DNA of 55,336 bases from assembly GCA_021847175.1 (NCBI GenBank), contig JAJZUI010000001.1, positions 1-55,336 on the forward strand. The letters are read 5' to 3'. This document shows positions 25,768 through 35,564 of this stretch, one piece after another. Below the pieces are notes generated by a model. It was not told the origin of the DNA, searched no databases, and worked only from the letters and a program-made list of their open reading frames with translations. Position 1 is the stretch's first letter; the number at the start of each line of letters is the position of its first letter. This stretch comes from Pseudomonadota bacterium. Its GTDB lineage: Bacteria; Pseudomonadota; Alphaproteobacteria; Acetobacterales; Acetobacteraceae. Both the position numbers and the translations under genes were made by a program.

Positions 25768-26679
25768 TCAGGTCCGGATTGGTGCCTTTCGCATGCTCCC
25801 CCGCCGGAACCGCGCCAGATACCCCGGCACCACCATGTCCATCGGCGTCGGGCACACCCAGCCCGCCCGCACCGGGTCCGCCACGTTGTCCCGCCGCAGC
25901 ATCAACACTTGGTCGCGCGTCAGCGGCTTCCCCGGCAGCCGCTCCAGCACCGCCGCCTGCAGCATCGCGATGTCCATCGGTATGTCCCACACCAGCCGGC
26001 ATCGCCCGATCAGCGACAGCGTCCAGCGCACCAGTTCGCCGAGCGTGCGCACATCCGGCCCGCCCAGTTCCCAGGTACCGGGCGGCGCCTGCATCACCGC
26101 GTCCGCCACGTCGCCGACATAGACCGGCTGGAACTTCGTCTTCCCGCCCACGATCGGCACCACCGGCAGCAGCGACGCCATGGTCGCGAACCGGTTGAAG
26201 AAGTGGTCGTCCGGCCCGAACACCACCGACGGTCGCAAGATCACCGCCTCGGCCTGCACCGCCCGCACCGCCGCCTCGCCCTCGGCCTTCGTCCTCCCAT
26301 ACCGGCTCGGCGAGGCCGCGTCCGCGCCGATCGCCGAGACGTGCACGAACCGCTCCGCCGCCGTTGCGAGCCTGGCCACCCGCTCGGCACCCTCCACGTG
26401 CACGCGCTCGAAATCCCCTGGCCTGCGCTCGGCGAGAATTCCCACCAGGTTCACCACCGTCTGGGCCCCGTCCACCGCCCGCGCCACGTCCGCCTCGTTC
26501 CCGATCGGCGCATAAAGCGGTACGATCTGCCCCACCCCTCCCATCGGCCGGAGAAACATCGCTGCCTCCGTGTCGCGCACCGCCACGCGCACCGTGTCGC
26601 CGCGCGCTGCCAGCCGGCGCACCACGAGCCGGCCGATGAAGCCGCTGGCACCGAAGACGGTCGCGATGGGTGTGCTCAT
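25768..26679 (-). CDS. NAD(P)-binding NDUFA9-like / NmrA-like epimerase-dehydratase family protein
   Basis: MSTPIATVFGASGFIGRLVVRRL Rossmann N-terminus and YGRTKAEGE. 303 aa from ATG 26679. The longer track ORF is an upstream extension. Confidence 0.8.
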   Translation of the reverse strand: MSTPIATVFGASGFIGRLVVRRLAARGDTVRVAVRDTEAAMFLRPMGGVGQIVPLYAPIGNEADVARAVDGAQTVVNLVGILAERRPGDFERVHVEGAERVARLATAAERFVHVSAIGADAASPSRYGRTKAEGEAAVRAVQAEAVILRPSVVFGPDDHFFNRFATMASLLPVVPIVGGKTKFQPVYVGDVADAVMQAPPGTWELGGPDVRTLGELVRWTLSLIGRCRLVWDIPMDIAMLQAAVLERLPGKPLTRDQVLMLRRDNVADPVRAGWVCPTPMDMVVPGYLARFRRGSMRKAPIRT

Positions 26680-26785
26680 GGAAAATCCCTCGCCGCTGAC
26701 GTGAACTCGCAATGACCCTGCATAACGAGCCGCGGCGCCAACGTCACCCCGCTTCCGAGCCCGCGCCGATATCGCGCTGGCCATG

Positions 26786-26814
26786 TTGACGCGCCGCCGC
26801 CCACGTCCTAGATG
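26786..26814 (+). promoter_or_regulatory. candidate sigma-70 promoter TTGACG-N17-TAGATG for tRNA-Leu
   Basis: The -35 and -10 hexamers have a 17-nt spacer, and the -10 ends 25 nt before the tRNA 5' end. CCTAGAT resembles the alphaproteobacterial GCTANAWC -10 region. Confidence 0.45.
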
Positions 26815-26839
26815 CGCGCCTCCCGAGACCGAGACCTTT

Positions 26840-26926
26840 GCCCAGGTGGCGGAATTGGTAGACGCGCAGGTTTCAGGTACCTGTGGCCGCAAGGTCGTGG
26901 AAGTTCGAGTCTTCTCCTGGGCACCA
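26840..26926 (+). tRNA. tRNA-Leu (anticodon CAG), CCA encoded
   Basis: Hand fold: acceptor GCCCAGG/CCTGGGC, anticodon stem CAGGT/ACCTG with loop TTCAGGT (CAG), long variable arm, T arm GGAAG-TTCGAGT-CTTCT, and ACCA. Confidence 0.9.
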
Positions 26927-26937
26927 AAGGCTGTCGC

Positions 26938-27552
26938 TTGAACACCATCCATCTTCATCGCGACGACCTCCCGGCCGGGCTCTCCCTCGGCCCGATGGTC
27001 GCCGTCGACACCGAGACCATGGGGCTCGACCCCCGCCGCGACCGGCTCTGCCTGGTCCAACTCTCCGCCGGCGACGGCACCGCGCACCTGGTGCAGATCA
27101 GGAAGCCCATCGCCGAGTGCCCCAACCTCAAGGCGCTTCTCGCCGACCCCGCGACGACCAAGCTGTTCCACTTCGCCCGCTTCGACGTCGCCATGCTCGC
27201 CAACGCGCTCGGCATCGAGGTCGCCCCCGTCATCTGCACGAAAATCGCGTCCAAGCTCGTCCGCACCTACACGGACCGTCATGGCCTGCGCGACCTCTGC
27301 CGCGACCTGCTCGGCGTCGATATCTCCAAGCAGCAGCAGAGCTCCGATTGGGGTGCCGACGAGCTCACCGCCGAGCAGCGCGCCTACGCCGCTTCCGACG
27401 TGCTCCACCTGCATGCCATCTGGGCAAAACTCGAAGCCCTCCTCGTCCGCGAGGGCCGCCTCGACCTCGCCCGCGCCTGCTACGCCTTCCTTCCGGCGCG
27501 CGGCCGACTCGACCTCCTGGGCTACGTGGACCCCGACATCTTCGCGCACTGA
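26938..27552 (+). CDS. rnd: small RNase D-like 3'-5' exonuclease (DEDD family)
   Basis: IHLHRDDLP...VAVDTETMGLDPRRDRLCLVQLS (ExoI) and YAASDVLHL (ExoIII). The conserved N-terminus requires the TTG at 26938, 11 nt after the tRNA CCA. AAAGG sits 7 nt upstream. Confidence 0.75.
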   Translation: MNTIHLHRDDLPAGLSLGPMVAVDTETMGLDPRRDRLCLVQLSAGDGTAHLVQIRKPIAECPNLKALLADPATTKLFHFARFDVAMLANALGIEVAPVICTKIASKLVRTYTDRHGLRDLCRDLLGVDISKQQQSSDWGADELTAEQRAYAASDVLHLHAIWAKLEALLVREGRLDLARACYAFLPARGRLDLLGYVDPDIFAH

Positions 27553-27587
27553 CGCGCGGCGTTTCCGCACGTTCATCGCGCCCTTGG

Positions 27588-27616
27588 TTGACCCTCCACC
27601 GGCAGGCTCCTAGATC
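27588..27616 (+). promoter_or_regulatory. candidate sigma-70 promoter TTGACC-N17-TAGATC directly upstream of kdsD
   Basis: Same architecture as the tRNA-Leu promoter. The -10 ends 6 nt before the kdsD ATG (27623), which implies a leaderless or near-leaderless transcript. Confidence 0.4.
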
Positions 27617-27622
27617 GCACGC

Positions 27623-28669
27623 ATGCGCGACGTCGCCGACGCCCCCACCGCGACGCGGCCGACCGGAGACGGTTCGCCCCTGACCAGCCCCTCGTCCCAA
27701 CCCGACCCTTCGCACGCCGACATCGAGGCCGGCCGCGCGGTCCTGGAAGCGGAGGGCGCCGGCCTCGTGGTGCTCGCCGCCTCGCTCGCCGCCCCCTTCG
27801 CCGAGGCGGTGGCCATCCTCGCCGCCACGACTGGTCGCGTCGTCGTCACCGGCATGGGCAAGTCCGGCCACATCGCCCGCAAGATCGCGGCCACGCTCGC
27901 CTCCACCGGCACGCCGGCGCTCTTCGTCCACCCCGCGGAGGCCTCGCACGGCGATCTCGGCATGATCGTCGAGGGCGATGCCGTCCTCGCGCTGTCCAAC
28001 TCCGGCGAGACCGCGGAACTGGCGGACCTCGTCGCCCACACGCGCCGCTTCGGCCTCAAGCTGCTTGCCATCACCGCCCGCGCCGAAAGCGCGCTCGCCC
28101 GAGCGGCAGATGTCCTGCTGCTGCTCCCCGCGGCACCCGAGGCCTGCCCGCTCGGCCTCGCCCCCACCACCAGCACCACGATGCAGCTCGCACTCGGCGA
28201 CGCGCTCGCCGTCGCCCTCCTTAGCCGGCGCGGCTTCTCGCGCTCGGACTTTCGCGTCTTCCACCCCGGCGGCAAGCTCGGCGCCCGGCTCTCGCGCGTG
28301 CGCGACCTCATGCATGGCGCTTCCTCCCTCCCGCTCGCCTCGCCCGCGACCCCGATGGCCGAGGCGCTGATCCGCATGACCGGCGGCGGCTTCGGCTGCC
28401 TCGGCATCGTGGACGCGGCGGGCGCCCTCGTCGGCATCGTTACCGACGGCGACCTGCGCCGCGCCATGGCGCCCGATCTGCTCGCGCGGCACGCCGGGGA
28501 GGTGATGACCGCCTCGCCCGTCACCATCGGCCCCGACGCCCTCGCCGCCGAGGCACTGGCGCTGATGAACCGCCGCGACCGCCCGATCACCGCGCTTTTC
28601 GTCCTCGAGGCCGGCCACCCGGTCGGCATCCTGCACGTCCACGACCTGCTGCGCGCGGGGGTGGCGTGA
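27623..28669 (+). CDS. kdsD: arabinose-5-phosphate isomerase (KpsF/GutQ family, SIS + 2 CBS)
   Basis: GMGKSGHIARKIAATLASTGTPALFVHPAEASHGDLG SIS motif with a CBS pair at the C-terminus. About 30 aa of low-complexity N-terminal extension. Confidence 0.88.
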   Translation: MRDVADAPTATRPTGDGSPLTSPSSQPDPSHADIEAGRAVLEAEGAGLVVLAASLAAPFAEAVAILAATTGRVVVTGMGKSGHIARKIAATLASTGTPALFVHPAEASHGDLGMIVEGDAVLALSNSGETAELADLVAHTRRFGLKLLAITARAESALARAADVLLLLPAAPEACPLGLAPTTSTTMQLALGDALAVALLSRRGFSRSDFRVFHPGGKLGARLSRVRDLMHGASSLPLASPATPMAEALIRMTGGGFGCLGIVDAAGALVGIVTDGDLRRAMAPDLLARHAGEVMTASPVTIGPDALAAEALALMNRRDRPITALFVLEAGHPVGILHVHDLLRAGVA

Positions 28670-29337
28670 ACAACAGCCCGAAATTCGCCGGCACCTCCCC
28701 GCCGCCGCGCCGCCGGCGCCTGCCCGCGAGCCCGATCCGCGTCGTCCCCAGCGCGCTGGCCATCGCGCGCCGCCGCCGGCGCATCGGCTTCGCCAAGCTG
28801 CTGCTGCCCACGCTCGCCGCCTGCCTGCTCGCCACCGTCGCCCTCTGGCCGGAGTTTTCCGGCAACGGCCCGCTCGGCACCGCCGCGCTCAAGGGCCAGC
28901 CGATCACCCCCACGGGTGAGGTCGTCGACGCGCGCTACCGCGGCGTGGATGCCGCCGGGCGCCGCTTCACCATCACCGCCGCCACCGCCGCCCAGCACGG
29001 CCCCAACCTCGTCGACCTCGTCGACCCCAAGGGCGATATCGGCCAGGCGACCGGCCCCTGGATGTTCGGCGAGGCCAACAAGGGCGTGTTCGACCGCGCC
29101 AGCCGCCAGCTCGACCTCTCCGGCCACGTCATGCTCTACCGCAGCGACGGCACCATGCTCACCACCCACGCGGCGACCATCGACCTCGCCGCCGGCGTCG
29201 CCGTCGGCAACAGCCGCGTACACGTCCAGGGCCCGTTCGGCACGCTCGACGCGCAGGGCTTCTCGGTCACCGACGCGGGCCAGGTGGTGCGCTTCGCCGG
29301 CCCCGGCCGCCTGGTGCTGAACGCGGTCGGCAAATGA
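28666..29337 (+). CDS. lptC: LPS export system protein LptC
   Basis: Single N-terminal TM segment plus a beta-jellyroll-like body. Position between kdsD and lptA, with 4-nt overlaps on both sides. Confidence 0.7.
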   Translation: MNNSPKFAGTSPPPRRRRLPASPIRVVPSALAIARRRRRIGFAKLLLPTLAACLLATVALWPEFSGNGPLGTAALKGQPITPTGEVVDARYRGVDAAGRRFTITAATAAQHGPNLVDLVDPKGDIGQATGPWMFGEANKGVFDRASRQLDLSGHVMLYRSDGTMLTTHAATIDLAAGVAVGNSRVHVQGPFGTLDAQGFSVTDAGQVVRFAGPGRLVLNAVGK

Positions 29338-30244
29338 TGAGGCGTCGCGCCTTCCTCCTCGCGCCCATCGGCCTCGCCGCCAGCGCCGCCGTCGCGCGCG
29401 CGCAGGGCTTCGACCTCGCCCATGGCGGCCCGGTCGACATCACCGCCAAGGGCGGGTTCACCCTCGACCAGACCAACCGGACCGCCACCGCCTACGGCGA
29501 CGCCCGCGCCGTGCGCGGCGATGTCACGGTGCTCGCCGACAAGCTCATCGCCCACTACCGCCGCAAGCAGGGTGCCGGCGCCGGCCCGGCCTCCAACGGC
29601 GGCGGCAACGAGATCTACCGCCTCGAGGCGTTCGGCCACGTCCGCATCTTCACCCCCACCGACACCGCCGTCGGCGACCGCGCCGTCTACGACATGGACC
29701 AGGCCGTGCTCGTCCTCACCGGGCATGCGATGCGCATCACCACGCCCTCGGCCGTCCTCACCGCGCGCGATTCGATCGAATACTGGACCGACAAGCACAT
29801 GGCCGTCGCCCGCGGCAACGCCGTCGCCACCGCGACCGACGGCCGCCAGGTCCGCGCCGACGTCCTCGTCGCCTACACCGCCCCCTCGCGGCCGCAGACC
29901 GCAGCCGCCGGCAAGCCGCAGACCCAGCCCGGCGCCCTCGTGCCCGGCGCGCTGGAAAAGGTCGAGGCGTTCGGCAACGTCGTGATCCGCAACGCCACCG
30001 TCGTCGCGCGCGGCGACCGCGGCGTCTACCTGCCCGCCACCGGCCAGGCGCGCCTCATCGGCCATGTCCGCATCACCCGCGGCCCGAACCAGCTCAACGG
30101 CCCGGCGGCGGAGGTTGACATGCACACCGGCGTTGCGCGTCTCATCGCGGATCCCGCCGCCCCCGTGCGCGGCATGCTGATGCCCAAATCCGCGCCCGCC
30201 CCATCCTCGCCCGCTCAAGCCCCTCCACCCAAAGCAAGCAAGCC

Positions 30245-30248
<4 letters not shown>
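29334..30248 (+). CDS. lptA: LPS transport periplasmic protein LptA (OstA N-terminal domain)
   Basis: Signal peptide, then an OstA-like repeat pattern ([29 protein letters not shown]...). Pro/Ala-rich tail. Confidence 0.8.
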
Positions 30249-31039
<791 letters not shown>

Positions 31040-31160
31040 AAATACCGCAACGACAGAGAGTTGTCGGACGGACCGGAAGCTGCGGCCGGGCCTTCGCCCC
31101 TGCCTGCCATGGATCTCGCACGATTCTTGCTTGCATTCGCCATCGCGACGCGCTGCACTG

Positions 31161-31176
31161 CGGCACGATGTTTGCA
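31161..31176 (+). promoter_or_regulatory. sigma-54-type -24/-12 element cGGCACG-N4-TTGCA upstream of rpoN
   Basis: GGCACG at 31162-31167, four nt, then TTGCA at 31172-31176. GG-N10-GC spacing is exact, and only the first T of TGGCAC differs. It lies 67 nt upstream of the rpoN ATG on the coding strand. Confidence 0.45.
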
Positions 31177-31242
31177 CACCTCCGCTGGAGCGCGCGCCGC
31201 CGTGCCGCCTGAACCAAGCACGCCGGCGGGACGGTCCTGACC

Positions 31243-32745
31243 ATGCTCGGCCCGCGCCTCGACCTGCGCCAGTCCCAGGCGCTGGTGATGACGCCGCAGC
31301 TCCGCCAGGCGATCAAGCTGCTGCAATTCTCGAACCTCGAGGTTGCGGCCTTCATCGACGAGGAGCTGGAACGCAACCCGCTGCTGGAGCGCGACGAAAC
31401 CCCCGACCTGCCGCCCGCCGAAGCCCCCGCGCCCGACCAGCTTCCGGTCCCCGAACCCGCCGACACCGCCGCGGCCATCGCCGGAGACACGCTGCCCGAA
31501 GCCTCGCCGCTCGATGCCGACGCCGCCAACACCTACGACCCCGGCTCCCCCTCCGACGGCGAGCCCACCTACGGCGAATCCTCCTACGGCGACTCCCCAT
31601 ACGGAAGCGGCGGCCGCGCCGACTTCGACGACGAGGAGCGCGGCATCGACAGCTACGCCGCCGCCGAGCCCACGCTGCGCGAGCGCCTTTCCGAGCAGCT
31701 GCGCCTCTCCTTCGCCGACCACGCCGACCGCCTCGTCGCCGCCCACATCCTGGCCATGCTGGAACCCTCCGGCCGCCTCGGTGCGGAGCCCGCCGCGATC
31801 GCCGACGCCCTCGGCATCCCGCTCGCCCATGTGGAGCGCGTCCGCGCCGCCATGATGCGCTTCGAGCCCGTGGGCATGTTCGCCCGCTCGCTCGCCGAAT
31901 GCCTCGCCGTCCAGCTCGCCGAGCGCAACCGCCTCGACCCCGCGATGCAGGCGCTGCTCGACAACCTCGACCTTCTCGCCCGGCGCGACATGCGCCGCCT
32001 CATGGAGGCCTGCGGCGTCGACGCCGAGGACATGGCGGACATGGTGGCGGAACTGCGCCGTCTCGACCCCAAGCCAGGCGCCGAGACGGGCCCGCCGGCC
32101 ACCGCGATCGTTCCGGACGTGCTGATGCGCGCCGCCCCGGACGGCACCTGGCTGCTGGAACTGAACCCGGAGACGCTGCCGCGCCTCATCGTCAACCAAA
32201 GCTTCTCCGCCCGCGTCGTGCCGCGTGCCTCGCGCGAGGACCGCGCCTTCCTCGCCGACAAGCTGCAGACCGCGAACTGGCTGGTGAAGTCGCTGCAGCA
32301 GCGCGCCCAGACCATCCTCAAGGTCGCGAGCGAGATCGTCGCCCAGCAGGACGCTTTCTTCCGCCATGGCGTCCTGCACCTGCGCCCGCTCATCCTGCGC
32401 GACATCGCCGCCGCGGTGGAGATGCACGAAAGCACCGTGAGCCGCGTCACCTCGAACAAGTACATCGCAACGCCACGCGGTAATTTCGAGCTCAAGTATT
32501 TCTTCACCACCGCCATCGCCGCGAGCGCCGGCGGCGAGGCACACAGTGCGGAGGCCATCCGCCACCGCATCCGCGCCATGGTCGGCGGCGAGAAACCTGA
32601 CGACATCCTGTCCGACGACGCCATCGTCGCCGTGCTCAGGCGCGAGGGTGTCGAGATCGCGCGCCGTACCGTCGCGAAATACCGCGAGGTGCTGAACATT
32701 CCGTCCTCGGTCCAACGCAAGCGCGAGAAGGCCATGGCGCTCTGA
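31243..32745 (+). CDS. rpoN: RNA polymerase sigma-54 factor
   Basis: MLGPRLDLRQSQALVMTPQLRQAIKLLQ region I, acidic region II, HTH, and the RpoN box ARRTVAKYRE. Confidence 0.96.
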   Translation: MLGPRLDLRQSQALVMTPQLRQAIKLLQFSNLEVAAFIDEELERNPLLERDETPDLPPAEAPAPDQLPVPEPADTAAAIAGDTLPEASPLDADAANTYDPGSPSDGEPTYGESSYGDSPYGSGGRADFDDEERGIDSYAAAEPTLRERLSEQLRLSFADHADRLVAAHILAMLEPSGRLGAEPAAIADALGIPLAHVERVRAAMMRFEPVGMFARSLAECLAVQLAERNRLDPAMQALLDNLDLLARRDMRRLMEACGVDAEDMADMVAELRRLDPKPGAETGPPATAIVPDVLMRAAPDGTWLLELNPETLPRLIVNQSFSARVVPRASREDRAFLADKLQTANWLVKSLQQRAQTILKVASEIVAQQDAFFRHGVLHLRPLILRDIAAAVEMHESTVSRVTSNKYIATPRGNFELKYFFTTAIAASAGGEAHSAEAIRHRIRAMVGGEKPDDILSDDAIVAVLRREGVEIARRTVAKYREVLNIPSSVQRKREKAMAL

Positions 32746-32893
32746 CCGCGGCGCACGGGATGGCCGTTTCGCCATACGCTAAATCATGGACATCGGCCGC
32801 GGAAGCGTGCCCAAATACCGAGCGGGGAAAGGCCGCCACGCAGAACGGCGGCGACCCCGAACCAGAGCGGCAGGGCCGCGGACGAGGTAGCCA

Positions 32894-33484
32894 ATGGACA
32901 TCACGGTTTCCGGCAAGCAGGTCGATCTTTCCGACGCGCTGCGAGAGCGCGTCTCCCGATCGCTCGATACGATCGCGGGCAAATATTTCGACCACGCGCT
33001 GGAGGCTCAGGTCACCTTCAGCCGCGCCCGCAGCTTCTTCACCTGCGATATCAACGTCCACGCTGGCCGCGGCCTCACGCTGCGCGGCGAGGGCGAGGCC
33101 GCCGACGCCAACGCCGCCTTCGACGACGCGGCGGAGCACATCGCCAAGCGCCTGCGCCGCTACCGCCGCCGCGCCAACGAACACGCGCGGGACGTCTCGC
33201 GCCGCGAGCGCCCGGCGGAATCCGGCACCCAGTATGTCCTGCGCCAGGAGGAGGAGGTGCCGATCGACGGCACCGGCCACACCCTCGACGGCGCCCACGC
33301 CACCGTCATCGCTGAAGCGGCGACCGAGATCGCGCTGCTCAGCGTTGGCGAGGCGGTGATGCGGATGGATCTCGCCGACCAGCCGGTGCTGATGTTCCGC
33401 AATTCGTCGAACGGCGAGCTCAACGTCGTCTACCGCCGCGGCGACGGCCACATCGGCTGGATCGACCCGGCCGCGCGCAAGTAG
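32894..33484 (+). CDS. hpf: ribosome hibernation promoting factor (long HPF / sigma-54 modulation protein)
   Basis: MDITVSGKQVDLSDALRERV... S30AE N-domain plus a C-terminal dimerisation domain (NVVYRRGDGHIGWI). Confidence 0.9.
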   Translation: MDITVSGKQVDLSDALRERVSRSLDTIAGKYFDHALEAQVTFSRARSFFTCDINVHAGRGLTLRGEGEAADANAAFDDAAEHIAKRLRRYRRRANEHARDVSRRERPAESGTQYVLRQEEEVPIDGTGHTLDGAHATVIAEAATEIALLSVGEAVMRMDLADQPVLMFRNSSNGELNVVYRRGDGHIGWIDPAARK

Positions 33485-33492
33485 CCGCCCCG

Positions 33493-34797
33493 TTGCCCGC
33501 CATCGCCGCGCCCGTGCCCCAGCCAAGCGCCGAGCCGCGCACCGAGCCTCTGGTCTTTGCCGCGGTATGCGACTGGGCCGGCGTCGTCCGCGGCAAGGCG
33601 TTCCCCGAGGCCGACCTCGAGAGCCGTCTGGCCAAGGGGATGGGCTACACCCACTCCAACATCATGATGTCCTGCTTCGGGCCGATCCTCACCACGCCCT
33701 TCGGCACCGGCGGCGACCTCATCGTCCGCCCCGATCCCGCGGCACACGTGGACGTCGGCTTCGGCGCGGGCCCGGCCGAGCGCTTCTACCTCGGCGACAT
33801 CCAGAACATCGATGGCAGCCCGTGGGAATGCTGCCCGCGCGACTTCCTTCGCCGCGCCATCGCCGCCCTCGCGCGCCACGGGCTTCACCTCACCGCCGCC
33901 TTCGAGCAGGAATTCGTCTACACCGGCATCGATGCCCGCCCCGGCGACACCTACGCGCTCGCCGCCTATCGCCGCCAGCGCGGCTTCGGCGAGGCGCTGA
34001 TGGCCGCGCTGCGGCAGGCCAACCTCCGCCCGGACAGCTTCATGCCGGAATACGGCCCGCGCCAGTTCGAGGTCACGATCGGCCCCGAACCCGCCCTGCG
34101 CGCCGCGGACGCCGCCGTCATCCTGCGCGAGATCGCGCGCGGCCTCGCCTTCCGCCTCGGCCACCGCGCCATCTTCGCCCCGATGCTGGAGCCCGACGGC
34201 ACCGGCAACGGCACCCATATCCACATGAGCCTCGCCGACGCGGCCGGCCCCGCCACCCACGACCCCGCCGCCCCCTACGGCATCGCCGCGCGCGTGGCAC
34301 CGTTCTTCGCCGGCATCCTCGCCCACCTGCCGGCGCTCGCCGCCTTCACCGCCCCCTCCGTCGGCTCCTACTACCGCCTGACGCCGAACCGCTGGGCGCC
34401 GGTGCACGCCAATCTGGGCCTGCAGGACCGCGGCGCCGCGCTGCGCGTCGCCCCCGTCTTCGCGACTGCGCGGGAGTCCGCGGCGCGCCAGTTCAACGTG
34501 GAATACCGCGTCGCCGACGCCACCGCCTCGCCCTACCTGGCACTCGGCGCCCTGATCTTCGCTGGCGTCGCCGGTCTCGATGCCAGCCTCGCGCTGCCCG
34601 CGCCCGGCGCCAGGGCCGCGCTCCTCCCGCGCACCCTCGCCGAAGCCCTCGACGCGCTGGAGGCGGACAAGGTTGCAAAGACCTGGTGGAGCGAAACCGC
34701 CATGTCCGCCTACATCGCCTTCAAACGCGCCGAGATCGCCCACCTCGCGCGGGAATCCCCAGCCGAGATCTGCAACCGTTACGCGGACATCTACTGA
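33493..34797 (+). CDS. glutamine synthetase family protein (GS-like ATP-dependent glutamate-amine ligase, substrate unknown)
   Basis: GS catalytic-domain motifs (EQEFV, PEYGPRQFEV, DGTGNGTHIHMSL, NVEYRVADATASPYL). TTG start 8 nt after the hpf stop. Confidence 0.75.
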   Translation: MPAIAAPVPQPSAEPRTEPLVFAAVCDWAGVVRGKAFPEADLESRLAKGMGYTHSNIMMSCFGPILTTPFGTGGDLIVRPDPAAHVDVGFGAGPAERFYLGDIQNIDGSPWECCPRDFLRRAIAALARHGLHLTAAFEQEFVYTGIDARPGDTYALAAYRRQRGFGEALMAALRQANLRPDSFMPEYGPRQFEVTIGPEPALRAADAAVILREIARGLAFRLGHRAIFAPMLEPDGTGNGTHIHMSLADAAGPATHDPAAPYGIAARVAPFFAGILAHLPALAAFTAPSVGSYYRLTPNRWAPVHANLGLQDRGAALRVAPVFATARESAARQFNVEYRVADATASPYLALGALIFAGVAGLDASLALPAPGARAALLPRTLAEALDALEADKVAKTWWSETAMSAYIAFKRAEIAHLARESPAEICNRYADIY

Positions 34798-34799
34798 GC

Positions 34800-35564
34800 A
34801 TGCTTCTCGCCGCCGACGAACCGCCGCCGGTCCAGCGCCTCGGCGTGGACGCAACGAGCCCGTTCCTCCTCACCGCCGACCACGCCGGCCGGCTGATCCC
34901 GAAGGCACTCGGCGATCTCGGCCTCGATGAGGTCGAGCGTTCCCGCCACATTGCCTGGGACATCGGCATCCGCGCGGTCACTGAGCGCCTCGCCAAAACC
35001 CTCGGCGCCACCGCCATCCTGCAGGCCTGGTCGCGTCTGGTCATCGACTGCAACCGTCGCCCCGGCGTCGCCTCCTCGATCCCGGAAATCTCCGAGACGA
35101 CCGTGATCCCCGGCAACCTTCACCTCACGGACGCCGACCGCGAAGCGCGCCGCCGCGAGGTCTTCGCCCCCTACCACGACGCCATCGCCGCCGAGATCGC
35201 CGCCCGCAAATCCCGCGGCCAGCCGACGCTCTACATCGCGATGCACAGCTTCACCCCGGTCTTCAAGGGCACGGCGCGGCCGATGCACGTCGCCGTGCTC
35301 TACAACCGCGCGCCCCGCCTCTCGCGGGCACTCGCCGCCTTCCTGCGCGCCGAGCCCGGCCTCGTCGTCGCCGAGAACGAGCCCTACAGCGTCTCCGACG
35401 ACACCGACTACGGCGTTCCCGTCCACGCCGAGCGCGGCGGCCTCGACTACGTCGAGATCGAGATCCGCCAGGACCTCATCACGGATGCGGCGGGGCAGGG
35501 GCTTTGGGCGGACCGCCTCGCCCGCCTCCTGCCACAAGCCGCCGCCACACTGGAGCAACGATGA
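34800..35564 (+). CDS. N-formylglutamate amidohydrolase (FGase) family hydrolase
   Basis: LLTADHAGRLIP...HIAWDIG...VIDCNR...YIAMHSF pattern typical of the FGase family. ATG 2 nt after the preceding stop. Confidence 0.7.
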   Translation: MLLAADEPPPVQRLGVDATSPFLLTADHAGRLIPKALGDLGLDEVERSRHIAWDIGIRAVTERLAKTLGATAILQAWSRLVIDCNRRPGVASSIPEISETTVIPGNLHLTDADREARRREVFAPYHDAIAAEIAARKSRGQPTLYIAMHSFTPVFKGTARPMHVAVLYNRAPRLSRALAAFLRAEPGLVVAENEPYSVSDDTDYGVPVHAERGGLDYVEIEIRQDLITDAAGQGLWADRLARLLPQAAATLEQR

